Part shown: positions 51,057 through 61,697 of the stretch, piece by piece | Numbering within the stretch: the stretch's first letter is position 1 | Layout of the letters: each line of letters begins with the position of its first letter | From: an uncultured Clostridiaceae bacterium | Lineage (GTDB): Bacteria > Bacillota > Clostridia > Clostridiales > Clostridiaceae | Length of the DNA stretch: 64,000 nt | Reading direction: 5' to 3' | Assembly (NCBI GenBank): GCA_963725425.1 | Contig: CAVRYJ010000044.1 | Location: 132,263-196,262, forward strand | The notes under the pieces: model-generated | Databases searched by the model: none | The model's input: the letters and a program-made list of their open reading frames with translations, nothing else | Told to the model about the DNA's origin: nothing | Program-made: the position numbers and the translations under genes

Positions 51057-51881
51057 ATGCCTAAGAGAAAAGCAAAGAATAAAGAAAATATAGTAGATGA
51101 TAACTTCATAATGTCTCCTAAATTTGATTTTGTGTTTAAGTATATATTTGGAAACGAAAAAAATAAAGATCTGCTAATAGCACTACTAAGTGCCGTACTT
51201 TGCGTTCCAGAAGAAGAATTCGAAGGAATACAAATAATAAATAGTGAACTGATAAAGGAATTCAAAGAAGATAAAAAAGGAATCCTAGACGTACGTGTAA
51301 AAACAAATAAAGGAAAACAGATAGATGTGGAGATACAAATACTACCAACAGACTATATGGCAGAACGTACTCTCTTCTACTGGAGTAAGATGTATACTAG
51401 TCAAATAAAGTCAGGAGAAACCTATGATAATTTAAAGAAATGTATAACTATAAATATTGTAGATTTTAGATGTACACCACTAAAGAAGTTGTATTCTAGC
51501 TATCATCTAACAGAAGATGAAGCAGGGGACAAATTAACAGATTTAATTGAGGTAAGATTCTTAGAGATACCAAAGCTATTTGATAAAGATATTGAAAGAG
51601 ATGAAAATGATCCCGTGGTACAGTGGATGGAATTCTTGGATGGAAAATCGAAAGCTGCATAAATAATATTTATGCAGGGCAGGATGAGGAATACATAGAG
51701 GGTGTTGGAAATGTTATCAGAAAAGAATAAGGACATAAAGAAAGCCTATGATTTGTTACAGATAATAAGCAAGGATGAAAAGGCTAAGATGATATATGAT
51801 GCTGAGCAGGCAGAAATTAGTGATGAGCGTACTAGAATTAAATCTGCTAAAGAAAAAGGAACAAACTCGCTTCGCTCGTAA
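51057..51881 (+). pseudogene. Second Rpn-family gene, split by an in-frame ~42-bp hairpin insertion and 3'-truncated by a REP-like repeat
   Basis: SPKFDFVFKYIFG, ILDVRVKT...IDVEIQ; stop at 51660 inside CTGCATAAATA-A-TATTTATGCAG; frame resumes VLEMLSEKNKDIKKAY (ATG 51711). Confidence 0.8.
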
Positions 51882-52100
51882 AGACCCCCGAGGGTCATGA
51901 ACAAAGTGTGAACAAAAAAATATAAGCAAAGAAGAGAGAATCGCCAGACGTGGTGGTTCTCTTTTTTCGTTAAATAATGATTTATCGAACAGAATTATGT
52001 TAATTGAAAAGAAATAAACCCCCGGGGGTAATGAACAAAGTATGAACAAACCAATAGTAGCAAAAAAAGAATCGTCAGATGTGACGATTCTTTTTTATTC
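51866..52100 (+). repeat. Two tandem REP-like units upstream of the Y1 transposase
   Basis: CCCCCGAGGGTCATGAAC / CCCCCGGGGGTAATGAAC, each followed by a hairpin AGAATCG(T/C)CA-GA.G-TG(ACGA/GTGG)TTCT (51932-51966; 52062-52096). Confidence 0.85.
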
Positions 52101-52165
52101 CTGAAAATAAGCACCCTATGGAATAAAATTAATAGTAATAGTCAATAATCTAGCTAAGAATTATT

Positions 52166-52765
52166 ATGGACGGTGAAAAATATATGTCGGTAAAAGCTAA
52201 AACATGGTATCCTGACACTTCTTATCATATAACTGCAAGAGGAAATCGAAGAAATGATATATTTAAAGATGAGGAAGATTTCCAAATATATCTTACATTA
52301 ATGGAAAATGCACTAGATTATTATGAAAATAAGTTCAATATAGTTTGTTACTGCCTTATGGATAATCACGTTCACCTAATGATCCAAACAAAAGACATGC
52401 ATTATAAATATTTTATCACAAGAGTTAATAGTATCTATGCAAAGTTTTTTAATCACAAATACAATTATATAGGACACTTATACCAAGATAGATACTTTTC
52501 AGAAATCATAGAAACTGATAGCCAATCACTAGAGACTAGTAGGTATATTCACCTTAATCCCATGCGTGCAAACATGGTAACAAAACCAGAGGCGTATAAA
52601 TGGAGTAGTTACTCTATGTACATTGGTAGTACTAAAGAGAAGCTAATAAATAGTAAAAGCATATTGAGTTATTTTAAAAATAGGCAAGATTATAAGACAT
52701 TTGTTGAACAAGGAATAAATCATAAGTATGATAAGGAGATGGGGGAAGTTGGCATCCGTAGTTAA
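52166..52765 (+). mobile_element. REP-associated tyrosine (Y1/HUH) transposase, RAYT/IS200-like
   Basis: YHITARGNRRNDIF, CYCLMDNHVHL (HUH), FQ/YQDRYFS, RYIHLNP, YKWSSY. Confidence 0.9.
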
Positions 52766-54284
52766 TTCATTTGCAATAACAGGAATAGACGGATATGTGG
52801 TAACTATAGAAACGGATACTATTTTTGGAAAGCCTTCCTTTGCTATAGTAGGATTAGGTGATGCCGCTATTAGGGAAGCCACTCAACGAATAGAATCAGC
52901 TATAATTAACTCTAATTTTGAATTTCCCAAAATGAAAATATTGATTAACCTAGCACCTAGTAATATAAAGAAAAGTGGCACGCATTTTGACTTACCTATG
53001 GCTATAGGACTGTTATTACAATCAAATCAGCTCGTAGTAGAAGAGATACATTCCTTCGGGTTAATAGGTGAACTATCTCTAAATGGTGAACTACGACCCT
53101 GTGCTGGTATTTTACCTATGGTTATTGAGGCTAAAAATAATGGGATCAAAAATATAATAGTTCCAAAACAAAATATGCAGGAAGCCGCACTAGTTAAAGA
53201 TATAAACATATTTGGTTTTAATACTCTAATAGAAGTAACAAATTTCCTTCAGCAAATTTCTTCATATAATGACCAAGATATAAGTAAAGGGCATTATATT
53301 CAAAGAAAGTATATGTTGGATTTTGAAGATGTTCAAGGTCAGGCAATGGCAATAAATTATGTAGTCATTGCCTGTTCTGGAGGACATAACTTGCTAATGT
53401 CTGGAATACCAGGCTGTGGTAAATCAATGATAGCTAAAAGAATCCCCACAATATTACCATCAATGACGGAAGAAGAAGCTTTGGAAGTTACTAAAATATA
53501 TAGTGTAGCAGGTTTATTAAGAAATAGTGGATCATTAATAACCGAAAGACCTTTTAGATCTCCTCATCATAATGCATCTACCAATTCACTAGTTGGTGGT
53601 GGAAATAATGCTTTGCCTGGGGAAATATCATTAGCTCACAATGGGGTGCTTTTTTTAGATGAAATTTCAGAGTTCAATAAGAAAGCCATTGATGCCTTAA
53701 GACAACCTCTTGAGGATGGAAAGGTAACAATATCAAGAGTTAATCACACTCATATATATCCCTGTAGTTTTATGCTTGTAGCCGCTATGAATCCTTGCCC
53801 TTGTGGATATTATGGAAATGCCAAATGTCATTGCTCAGACTATGAAGTTTTAAAATATAGACAGAAATTATCTGGACCAATTATGGATAGAATAGATATT
53901 CAAAACTTTGTATCACAGGTAGATATAATGAATTTATCTAGTTGCAGCAAGGGAACAAAATCAGAAGATTTAAGAAAAAAAGTTGAAGAATCTAGAAATA
54001 TTCGAAAAGTTAGATTTGAGAATTATAGTGGAATCAATTGCAATGCACAAATGACACCAGCTTTAATTGCAGAATTCTGTAAGATTGATGAGGAGTCCAA
54101 AAGGTTATTCAAATTAGCTTTTGATAAATTTAATTATAGTGCAAGAAGCTTTCATAAATTCTTGAAGATAGCTAGAACTATAGCTGATTTAGAAGGAGAA
54201 AATAATATAAATTATAGTCATGTAGCAAAAGCGTTAATGTGCAGAGAAATCGATAAAGATGAAACAACCATGGAGGTAGTTTAA
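52749..54284 (+). CDS. comM: ComM/YifB Mg-chelatase-like AAA+ ATPase
   Basis: INLAPSNIKKSGTHFDLPMA, GGHNLLMSGIPGCGKSM, PGEISLAHNGVLFLDE, LRQPLEDG, ARTIADL; TTG start overlaps the transposase stop. Confidence 0.93.
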   Translation: MASVVNSFAITGIDGYVVTIETDTIFGKPSFAIVGLGDAAIREATQRIESAIINSNFEFPKMKILINLAPSNIKKSGTHFDLPMAIGLLLQSNQLVVEEIHSFGLIGELSLNGELRPCAGILPMVIEAKNNGIKNIIVPKQNMQEAALVKDINIFGFNTLIEVTNFLQQISSYNDQDISKGHYIQRKYMLDFEDVQGQAMAINYVVIACSGGHNLLMSGIPGCGKSMIAKRIPTILPSMTEEEALEVTKIYSVAGLLRNSGSLITERPFRSPHHNASTNSLVGGGNNALPGEISLAHNGVLFLDEISEFNKKAIDALRQPLEDGKVTISRVNHTHIYPCSFMLVAAMNPCPCGYYGNAKCHCSDYEVLKYRQKLSGPIMDRIDIQNFVSQVDIMNLSSCSKGTKSEDLRKKVEESRNIRKVRFENYSGINCNAQMTPALIAEFCKIDEESKRLFKLAFDKFNYSARSFHKFLKIARTIADLEGENNINYSHVAKALMCREIDKDETTMEVV

Positions 54285-54285
54285 T

Positions 54286-55347
54286 ATGCTTCTGTATTGG
54301 ATTTGGCTTAGCGAAATAGATGGAATTGGTCCAATTTTAGCTAAAAAGTTATTGGATGTGTTTAGTAATCCTGAAGAAATATATAAAGCTAATTTACTGG
54401 ATCTAAAAGCCATAGATGGGCTTGGCTCTAATGTGGCAAATAGGATTTTCAATAATAAGAATACTGAAAAAGCTAAAGAATTACTAGAAAAATGTTATAA
54501 AAATAACATAGGCATTTTAACTTTAAATGATGAGTTATATGATAATAGATTCAAATACAAAGGTAGTCCCATAATTTTATATTATAAAGGAAATCTTAAC
54601 AAGAGTGAAAAACTTGTATCTGTTATAGGTACTAGAGCTTGTACTGAATATGGCAAACAAGTAACAAAAGACATAACAAAATATTTAATCCGGGAAGGAA
54701 ATACAATACTTAGCGGTATATCAAAAGGTATTGAGGCTATTGCTCAAACTACAGCATTAAAAAATAACGGAAGAACTATTGTCTTTATGCCATGCGGAAT
54801 TGATTATATTTATCCAAAAGAACATAGATCATTGATAGATGCTATATCTAATAATGGAGTATTAATATCACAATATCCACCAGGGGATACAATAAAGAAA
54901 AGCTATTTTTTCGAGACGAACAAAAGAATGATGGAATGGTCATATAATGTAATTATAGTGGAGGCTCCACAAAAAAGTGGTACATTAGCCACTGTAGAAT
55001 ATGCTAATAAAATATCTAAAAAAGTATACGCAGTACCACATAGTATATATTCAAAAGAAGGACAAGGCACTAATAATCTAATATATAACGAAAAAGCAGT
55101 GATGTTTTTACCTAAATTAAAGCCATTAAAACAAATGGATTTAGAAACACAAAATGTAGATTTAAATGAGGTGCAGATAAAAATATTAAAAGAATTAAAG
55201 GATAGAGAAATTAATGTTGAGGAATTAAAACAATCATTAAAAATTAATGAAGTTATGCTATTGAATGAACTGTTTATATTAGAACTTATGGGGAAATTGC
55301 AGATAAAAGGGGGTATGGTTTCGGCAAAGATTCCCGTAGGATGGTGA
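54286..55347 (+). CDS. dprA: DNA-processing protein DprA
   Basis: PIILYYKGNL, SVIGTRACTEYG, ILSGISKGIE, IIVEAPQKSGTLAT, VYAVPHSI; C-terminal winged helix. Confidence 0.9.
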   Translation: MLLYWIWLSEIDGIGPILAKKLLDVFSNPEEIYKANLLDLKAIDGLGSNVANRIFNNKNTEKAKELLEKCYKNNIGILTLNDELYDNRFKYKGSPIILYYKGNLNKSEKLVSVIGTRACTEYGKQVTKDITKYLIREGNTILSGISKGIEAIAQTTALKNNGRTIVFMPCGIDYIYPKEHRSLIDAISNNGVLISQYPPGDTIKKSYFFETNKRMMEWSYNVIIVEAPQKSGTLATVEYANKISKKVYAVPHSIYSKEGQGTNNLIYNEKAVMFLPKLKPLKQMDLETQNVDLNEVQIKILKELKDREINVEELKQSLKINEVMLLNELFILELMGKLQIKGGMVSAKIPVGW

Positions 55348-55370
55348 AAACCCCACGGGGGTTGTGAACA
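55347..55370 (+). repeat. Right-flank REP-like motif
   Basis: AAAACCCCACGGGGGTTGTGAAC, homologous to the motifs near 51884 and 52018. Confidence 0.7.
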
Positions 55371-55448
55371 TAAACAAAAATCGTGAGACTCAAATAATGC
55401 CTATAGATAAAACACTTTTTTCATGTGTTTACTCTATAGGCACCATTT

Positions 55449-55512
55449 TGATGTCTCAACTCTTTTTAATAAAGACACGCAATTTTTACTCAAACCATGA
55501 CACATCTTCCAA
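55449..55512 (+). pseudogene. Degenerate fragment of the constant N-module
   Basis: GATGTCTCAACTCTTTTTAATAAAGAC...ACTCAAAC.ATGACA.ATCTTCCAA matches ~62364-62427. Confidence 0.7.
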
Positions 55513-56167
55513 AGCGTCCAACCAAAGAAATTACAGTATCTCCTGTTGGACAGCGAGTGTACTAGTGAAGTTACTCATGCTTCATAAGTACTATCATCAG
55601 TATAGTCTATGTTAAGCAACAAGTCATTATGAGACTATTGGTACATATGGTTTATAGTGTGTCAATTGGTCTGATTAGGAGTTATTTGAAATTTAGATGA
55701 AACAGTTATAATTAATACCTATATATGAAACATAAATAAATTATATATATTATATCCTTTCAATAGAATAATTTCTATTGAAGGGTATTTTTTAATTTAA
55801 TAGAAATTAAACTTAATAAAGTATGCACAAGTTATATAAAAATTGTATTTATATGCATTTTTTTATAGTCAAAAGGGAATAAATTACTAAGCAAAATGAA
55901 ATTATATAAATAATTTGTCTGTTTTTGTTACTTTTTAGTGAAATAAGATAGAAGATAATATATAATGTATATAATACCTACTTTGAAAATAACTCTACGT
56001 ATTGGAAAATAGTAAATTGAAAAAAAAATTTTGAAGGCTCATATTGAGATAATTATATTTTAAATTTAATTTCAAATTATTTTTTCATGTTAATAACAAA
56101 TTTTTCATACTTTTTCTTAGTGGTGAACAAGGCTAAAAAAAAAATTACACAGGAGGAATTAAATATT

Positions 56168-58186
56168 ATGATTTCAAAGAAAACTTTAGCAACTATTTCA
56201 TTAGTGATTGCAATGTCAACTATTATGGTTAAACCGGTATTTGCAGCAGATAGTGATATTTATCTTTTAAGTAATACTTCAAAGCCTGCTTATACTAAAG
56301 CAGATACAGCTCATGCAGCTATACAAAAAACAATTGGATTAAATTCACAAAACTATGGTTATGAATATAATGGTAAAATATATAAACTTGATGATGTATC
56401 AGCACTTTTTAACAATGACGGGAAAAATTTTACTCAGACAATGAATGATCTTCCAACTGCAGAGACTGCAGTAGCTGAGACTACTACTGCTTTAAGTGTA
56501 AGTTCAGTGAACGCTATTAACGGTTCAGTAACAGTAACATTAAGTGGTACACCAGTAACAGCACCTACATTATCAGATTTTGCTGTAACACAACAAATAG
56601 GTACAGCAAATGCTACTACAGTAGTACCTACAGTTATTAATGTAGTGGGTACAACTGTAACATTAACTGTTCCTACATTAGCAGGAACAACAGCAGTTCA
56701 AAGTGTTGTTGATTCAGTATCTTACAAGGCTGGAGTTGCAGTAAAAGCGGCACCTTACACAGTAGCGATTGATCAATCACTAGTAGATCAAGAAGCAGCA
56801 AAAGTAATAAACACTCAAATAGAAGCATTACCAGCTACAGCATCATTAAAAATAACAGATGCAACAGCTGTAAATGCAGCAAACGATGCATTTACTGCAT
56901 TAACGTCTACTCAAAAAGCTGATGTTAAAACTACAGATATAGCAAAATTAAAAGCAGATGTAGCAACAATAAAAGCAGACGTAGCAATAAATGTATCTAC
57001 AGATGCAGCAGCAGCGGCAACAATAGATACTCAAATAGAAGCATTACCAGCTACAGCATCATTAGCTACAACAGATGCAACAGCAGTAAATGCGGTAGAC
57101 ACTGCATATAATGCATTAACAGCAGCAGGGCAAGCAGATGTAACACCTGCAGACGTAACAACGCTAAATGCAGATGTAGCACAGATTGTTACATTAAATG
57201 ATGCAGCAGCAGCATTAGCAGTGAATGCTCAGATAGAAGCATTACCAGCTACAGCATCATTAGCTACAACAGATACAACAGCAGTAAATACCGCAAACAC
57301 TGCATATAATGCATTAACAGCAACTCAAAAATCAGATGTAAAGCCTACGGATGTAACAATATTAACTACAGATATTGCAAAAATTGCTACACTAAATGAT
57401 GCAGCAGCAGCAATAGCAGTAAATGCTCAAATAGAAGCATTACCAGCTACTGCATCATTATCAGTAACAGATGCAACAGCAGTAAATGCAGCAAATGATG
57501 CATTTAATGGGTTAACATCTACTCAAAAATCAGATGTTAAAAGTTCTGATGTAGCAAAATTAAATGCTGAGTTAGCAATATTGGATGCAGATTTAGCAAC
57601 AGGTGTAGCAGATGTTGATACTCAAATAGAAGCATTACCATCTACAGAATCTTTAGCTTCTTCTGATGCAATAGCTGTAGCAGCAGCAAATAATGCATAT
57701 AATGCATTAACAACAGATCAAAAAGCAGATGTAACACCTGCAGATGTAACAACACTACAAGCAGATGTAGCACAGATTACTACATTAAATGACAATGCAG
57801 CGGCAACAGCAGTAGATGCTAAAATAGAAGAATTACCAGCTACAGCATCATTAATAGCAACAGATGCAACAGCAGTAAATGCAGCGAACGATGCATATAA
57901 TGGATTAACAGCAGCTCAAAAAGCAGATGTAACACCTGCAGATGTAACAACACTACAAGCAGATGTAGCACAGATTACTACATTAAATGACAATGCAGCG
58001 GCAACAGCAGTAGATGCTAAAATAGAAGCATTACCAGCTACAGCATCATTAATAGCAACAGATGCAACAGCAGTAAATGCAGCAAACGATGCATATAATG
58101 GATTAACAGCAGCTCAAAAAGCAGATGTAACACCTGCTGACGTAACAACACTACAAGCAGATGTAGCACAGATCGCTACATTATAA
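56168..58186 (+). CDS. Secreted constant-N-module protein with an Ig-like domain and seven ~66-aa helical repeats
   Basis: ATG 56168 after GGAGGA; repeats QIEALPATASL..TDATAVNAANDAYNALT..QKADV. Confidence 0.85.
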   Translation: MISKKTLATISLVIAMSTIMVKPVFAADSDIYLLSNTSKPAYTKADTAHAAIQKTIGLNSQNYGYEYNGKIYKLDDVSALFNNDGKNFTQTMNDLPTAETAVAETTTALSVSSVNAINGSVTVTLSGTPVTAPTLSDFAVTQQIGTANATTVVPTVINVVGTTVTLTVPTLAGTTAVQSVVDSVSYKAGVAVKAAPYTVAIDQSLVDQEAAKVINTQIEALPATASLKITDATAVNAANDAFTALTSTQKADVKTTDIAKLKADVATIKADVAINVSTDAAAAATIDTQIEALPATASLATTDATAVNAVDTAYNALTAAGQADVTPADVTTLNADVAQIVTLNDAAAALAVNAQIEALPATASLATTDTTAVNTANTAYNALTATQKSDVKPTDVTILTTDIAKIATLNDAAAAIAVNAQIEALPATASLSVTDATAVNAANDAFNGLTSTQKSDVKSSDVAKLNAELAILDADLATGVADVDTQIEALPSTESLASSDAIAVAAANNAYNALTTDQKADVTPADVTTLQADVAQITTLNDNAAATAVDAKIEELPATASLIATDATAVNAANDAYNGLTAAQKADVTPADVTTLQADVAQITTLNDNAAATAVDAKIEALPATASLIATDATAVNAANDAYNGLTAAQKADVTPADVTTLQADVAQIATL

Positions 58187-58497
58187 AGTTCCCCACGGGT
58201 CATGACAGAATAGAAGAAACAAGTAGCATAGAATAACAAGAGAGAATCGTCAGAAATGGCGGTTCTCTTTTATTTGTGCTTGAAATAATTACCGAGTTAA
58301 TATAAATTTATATTAAAAAGTTATATTAAAAAGACAGTCGAATTATGTTACTATTTTAATGAAATATTAAAATATATACTATATAATATATATATGGGAA
58401 ATAAATAAATATATTGTTAAAGCGTAAATGGTTTTTCTGTGTGGTTAATAAAGCTAATTATATAATTAAAAAACATACTCTGGGGGAAATAAATATC

Positions 58498-60315
58498 ATG
58501 AAATTTAAGAAAATTGCAGTAACTATCTCATTTGTGGCTACTATGTCCTTAGCTTTAGTTACACCAGTATTTGCAGCAAATAGTGATATTTATCTTTTAA
58601 GCAATACTTCTACTGCTGCATATACTAAAGCAGATACAGCACATGCAACTATACAAAGAACAATAGGATTAAATTCTCAGAACTATGGTTATGAATATAA
58701 TGGTGAAATTTACAAATTTGATGATATATCAACTCTTTTTAATAATGACGGAAAAAATTTCACACAAACTATGGCAGATCTTCCAACTGCAGAAATTCCA
58801 GTGGCAAAAGTTGGACAAGCTAACACAGTAATTCACCCCACATCATTATCAATAAGCAAGACTTCAGACATCATGACAGTAGGAAACACAGATACTTTAA
58901 CTTCAACTGTATCTCCAAGTAATGCTACAAATCAAGCAGTAACTTGGACATCCTCAGATAATGCTGTAGCTACAGTAGATGCAACAGGAAAATTAACTGC
59001 AATAGCCCCAGGAACAGTGACTATTACAGCAACAACTGATGGAAATAAAACTGCAAGTTGTGCTGTAACTGTAAATGATTCAATAGCACCTATTGGAAAC
59101 GAGCAAGCTCAAGCCACTGAAAAAGCAAATGTAATACTTGCAACAATAATCAAACCAGGCATGTCTGAAATGGATAAGGAACTAGCAATTAACGATTACA
59201 TAGTTGCCAATACTAATTATGATGTTGTGGCATTTGATAATAACAATATTCCTAGTGATGACTATACAGCATATGGAATTTTAATAAAGCATATAGGTGT
59301 TTGTGAAGGATACGCAGATGCTTTTAAACTTCTTTGTGATATAGAAGTGATTCCATGCCAGGTTGTAGATGATCCTATATTAAATCATGCATGGAATATT
59401 GTTCAGTTGGATGACGGAAATTACTATCAGGTCGATTGTACATGGGATGACCCTGTTGCTTCCGATGGTAAAAGTTCAGGTAACAACATGGACCATAGAT
59501 ATTTTAATATATCTGACAAACAGATGTTTGTAAATCATACAATTGACTCTCAGCAATGGGTGGCATCTGGATACCCAAAGTGCAATGTTGACAACAGTGA
59601 ATTTTACTCAAATGCTGGTGTAGATTTAGCTTCTAACGGTAATGTAATTTATGCAAATATATCTGGTAAACTCTCTAAAGTTGATTCTAATGGAAATATC
59701 ACCGTAATTTCTAATGACAGTGCTAAAAATATTAATTATTATAATGGTTATATATATTATATAAATAATGGCTGCATATATGGAATAAATCCTGATGGAC
59801 AGAATCATATTCAGGTGTTAAGTGGAAATATATCTAGCATGTATTTGTACAATGGAGCTTTATATTATCTGAATCCTAGTGATTGGACCATTCATAAATT
59901 AGTGCTGGATGGAATTTACAATGATAATAAAAGTATAACAAGTACTACATATTCCAATTATCTTATAAATAATGGATGTTTATACTATATGGCAGGTCAG
60001 TTTACCCTTCACAGCTTGGATCTATCTAACATGGTTGATAAGGAAATTTTAAATGTGGATTCTAAAGACATATATAATCAAAATAAATACAATAACTACG
60101 GAGTTTTGGGAAACTATATTTATTATGGAATTGAAAATTCCATGTACAGAATGGATTTAAACGGAAATAATAATCAGCTTTTATCAAATAACGTGAGCAA
60201 CGCATACAATGAAATACAGATATTTGATAATTACATTTATTATAATTCCATAAATGATGGTAACTGGTACAAAATGGATTTTGATGGAACAGCTGTTACT
60301 AAATTAAGTTTTTAG
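58498..60315 (+). CDS. Secreted constant-N-module protein with Big_2, transglutaminase-like and DUF5050-like propeller domains
   Basis: TLTSTVSPSNATNQAVTWTSSDNAVATVD; GVCEGYADAF / HAWNIVQL / VDCTWDD Cys-His-Asp triad; YIYY repeats. Confidence 0.88.
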   Translation: MKFKKIAVTISFVATMSLALVTPVFAANSDIYLLSNTSTAAYTKADTAHATIQRTIGLNSQNYGYEYNGEIYKFDDISTLFNNDGKNFTQTMADLPTAEIPVAKVGQANTVIHPTSLSISKTSDIMTVGNTDTLTSTVSPSNATNQAVTWTSSDNAVATVDATGKLTAIAPGTVTITATTDGNKTASCAVTVNDSIAPIGNEQAQATEKANVILATIIKPGMSEMDKELAINDYIVANTNYDVVAFDNNNIPSDDYTAYGILIKHIGVCEGYADAFKLLCDIEVIPCQVVDDPILNHAWNIVQLDDGNYYQVDCTWDDPVASDGKSSGNNMDHRYFNISDKQMFVNHTIDSQQWVASGYPKCNVDNSEFYSNAGVDLASNGNVIYANISGKLSKVDSNGNITVISNDSAKNINYYNGYIYYINNGCIYGINPDGQNHIQVLSGNISSMYLYNGALYYLNPSDWTIHKLVLDGIYNDNKSITSTTYSNYLINNGCLYYMAGQFTLHSLDLSNMVDKEILNVDSKDIYNQNKYNNYGVLGNYIYYGIENSMYRMDLNGNNNQLLSNNVSNAYNEIQIFDNYIYYNSINDGNWYKMDFDGTAVTKLSF

Positions 60316-60656
60316 TTAATGGAATATGAAGGTATAAGCTGTTCCACAAAGATCTTAGGATATTGTGGACAAACAAATATAAGTAACGAGAGAATCGTCA
60401 GGCTTGGCGGTTATCTTTTATGATGCCTAAAAATAATTATCCAGTTAATATAAACAGAGTTATTGGATAAATTTACATTAAGCACATTAAGAAAATTGTC
60501 TACTTTTGTTATTATTTTAGTGAAATATCCAAATGCATACTATATAATGTATATAATAAGTATTTCGGAAATAAATCTACATATTGGTAAATGATATATT
60601 GGACAACAATATTAATTATATAATTAAAAAAACATATACAGGGGGAATTAAATATT

Positions 60657-61697
60657 ATGATATCAAAAAAAATCCTAGCGACTATTTCATTAGTGACAGC
60701 AATGTCATGGACTTTAGTTACACCAGTATTAGCAGCAAATAGTGATATTTATCTTTTAAGTAATACGTCAACACCTGCTTATACTAAAGCAGATACAGTT
60801 CATGTAGCCACACAAAGAATAATAGGATTAAATTCACAGAACTATGGTTATGAATATAATGGTAATATTTATAAATTTGATGATGTATCAATTCTTTTTA
60901 ATAGTGACGGAAAAAATTATACTCAAACTATGAGTGATCTTCCAACTAAAGTAACTGCAGTTGCTGTAGTTTCTTCCAGTCAAATAGTAACTTTTAAAGA
61001 TGGGAATTTACAAAACGCCATAAGAAATGCTATAAATAAGCCAACAGGAACTCTATATAAAAGTGATGTTCAAAACATTAAAACTTTATTTGTAGGAGGC
61101 ATTGGTATAACTGATATTAGTGGAATTGAAAACTTAACAAATTTAAAGTCACTTGATTTACATAGTAATCAAATAAGTGATATAAGCAAATTAACAGGGT
61201 TAACAAATTTAGCATCACTTGTTTTAGGTGGTAATGTAATAAGTGATATAAGTGCACTAAAGGGATTAACAAATTTAACATCACTTAATCTAGATAATAA
61301 TGAAATTAGTGATATAAGTTCATTAAAAGGGTTAACTAATTTAACGTCTGTTGATCTAGGTACTAATTATATAAGTGATCTAAGTTCCCTAACAGGATTA
61401 ACTAATTTAACATCTATTAATCTAGGTAGTAATCATATAAGTAATCTAAGTTCCCTAACAGGATTAACTAATTTAATGTCTATGGATCTAAGTAGTAATT
61501 ATATAAGTGATCTAAGTTCCCTAACAGGATTAATTAATTTAACGTCTATTAATCTAGGTACTAACCATATAAGTGATATAAGTCCACTAACAGGATTAAC
61601 TAATTTGACGTCTCTTGGTCTAATTAGCAATCAAATAAGTTCCACAAATCAGCAAATATTGAAAAAATCTTTATCTAATTGTTCAATAACATTTTAG
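60657..61697 (+). CDS. Secreted constant-N-module protein with internalin-like leucine-rich repeats
   Basis: About nine 22-aa LRRs NLTSLxLxxNxISDISxLTGLT after VTFKDGNLQNAIRNAI. Confidence 0.9.
   Translation: MISKKILATISLVTAMSWTLVTPVLAANSDIYLLSNTSTPAYTKADTVHVATQRIIGLNSQNYGYEYNGNIYKFDDVSILFNSDGKNYTQTMSDLPTKVTAVAVVSSSQIVTFKDGNLQNAIRNAINKPTGTLYKSDVQNIKTLFVGGIGITDISGIENLTNLKSLDLHSNQISDISKLTGLTNLASLVLGGNVISDISALKGLTNLTSLNLDNNEISDISSLKGLTNLTSVDLGTNYISDLSSLTGLTNLTSINLGSNHISNLSSLTGLTNLMSMDLSSNYISDLSSLTGLINLTSINLGTNHISDISPLTGLTNLTSLGLISNQISSTNQQILKKSLSNCSITF

Noticed and set aside
52749-55347. Ordinary chromosomal competence locus
   Set aside because: Usual neighbours are absent and the genes are translationally coupled to a transposase within REP-like flanks; cannot be fully excluded without the whole genome.
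56087-56167. N-terminal extensions in the ORF track (56087, 58414, 40208, 52728, 14186)
   Set aside because: Downstream starts have clear RBSs, and for 56168 and 58498 they match the paralogous starts.
847-59808. Numerous 60-130-aa antisense or overlapping ORFs in the track
   Set aside because: They are shadows of well-supported genes on the other strand or frame, with no motifs of their own.
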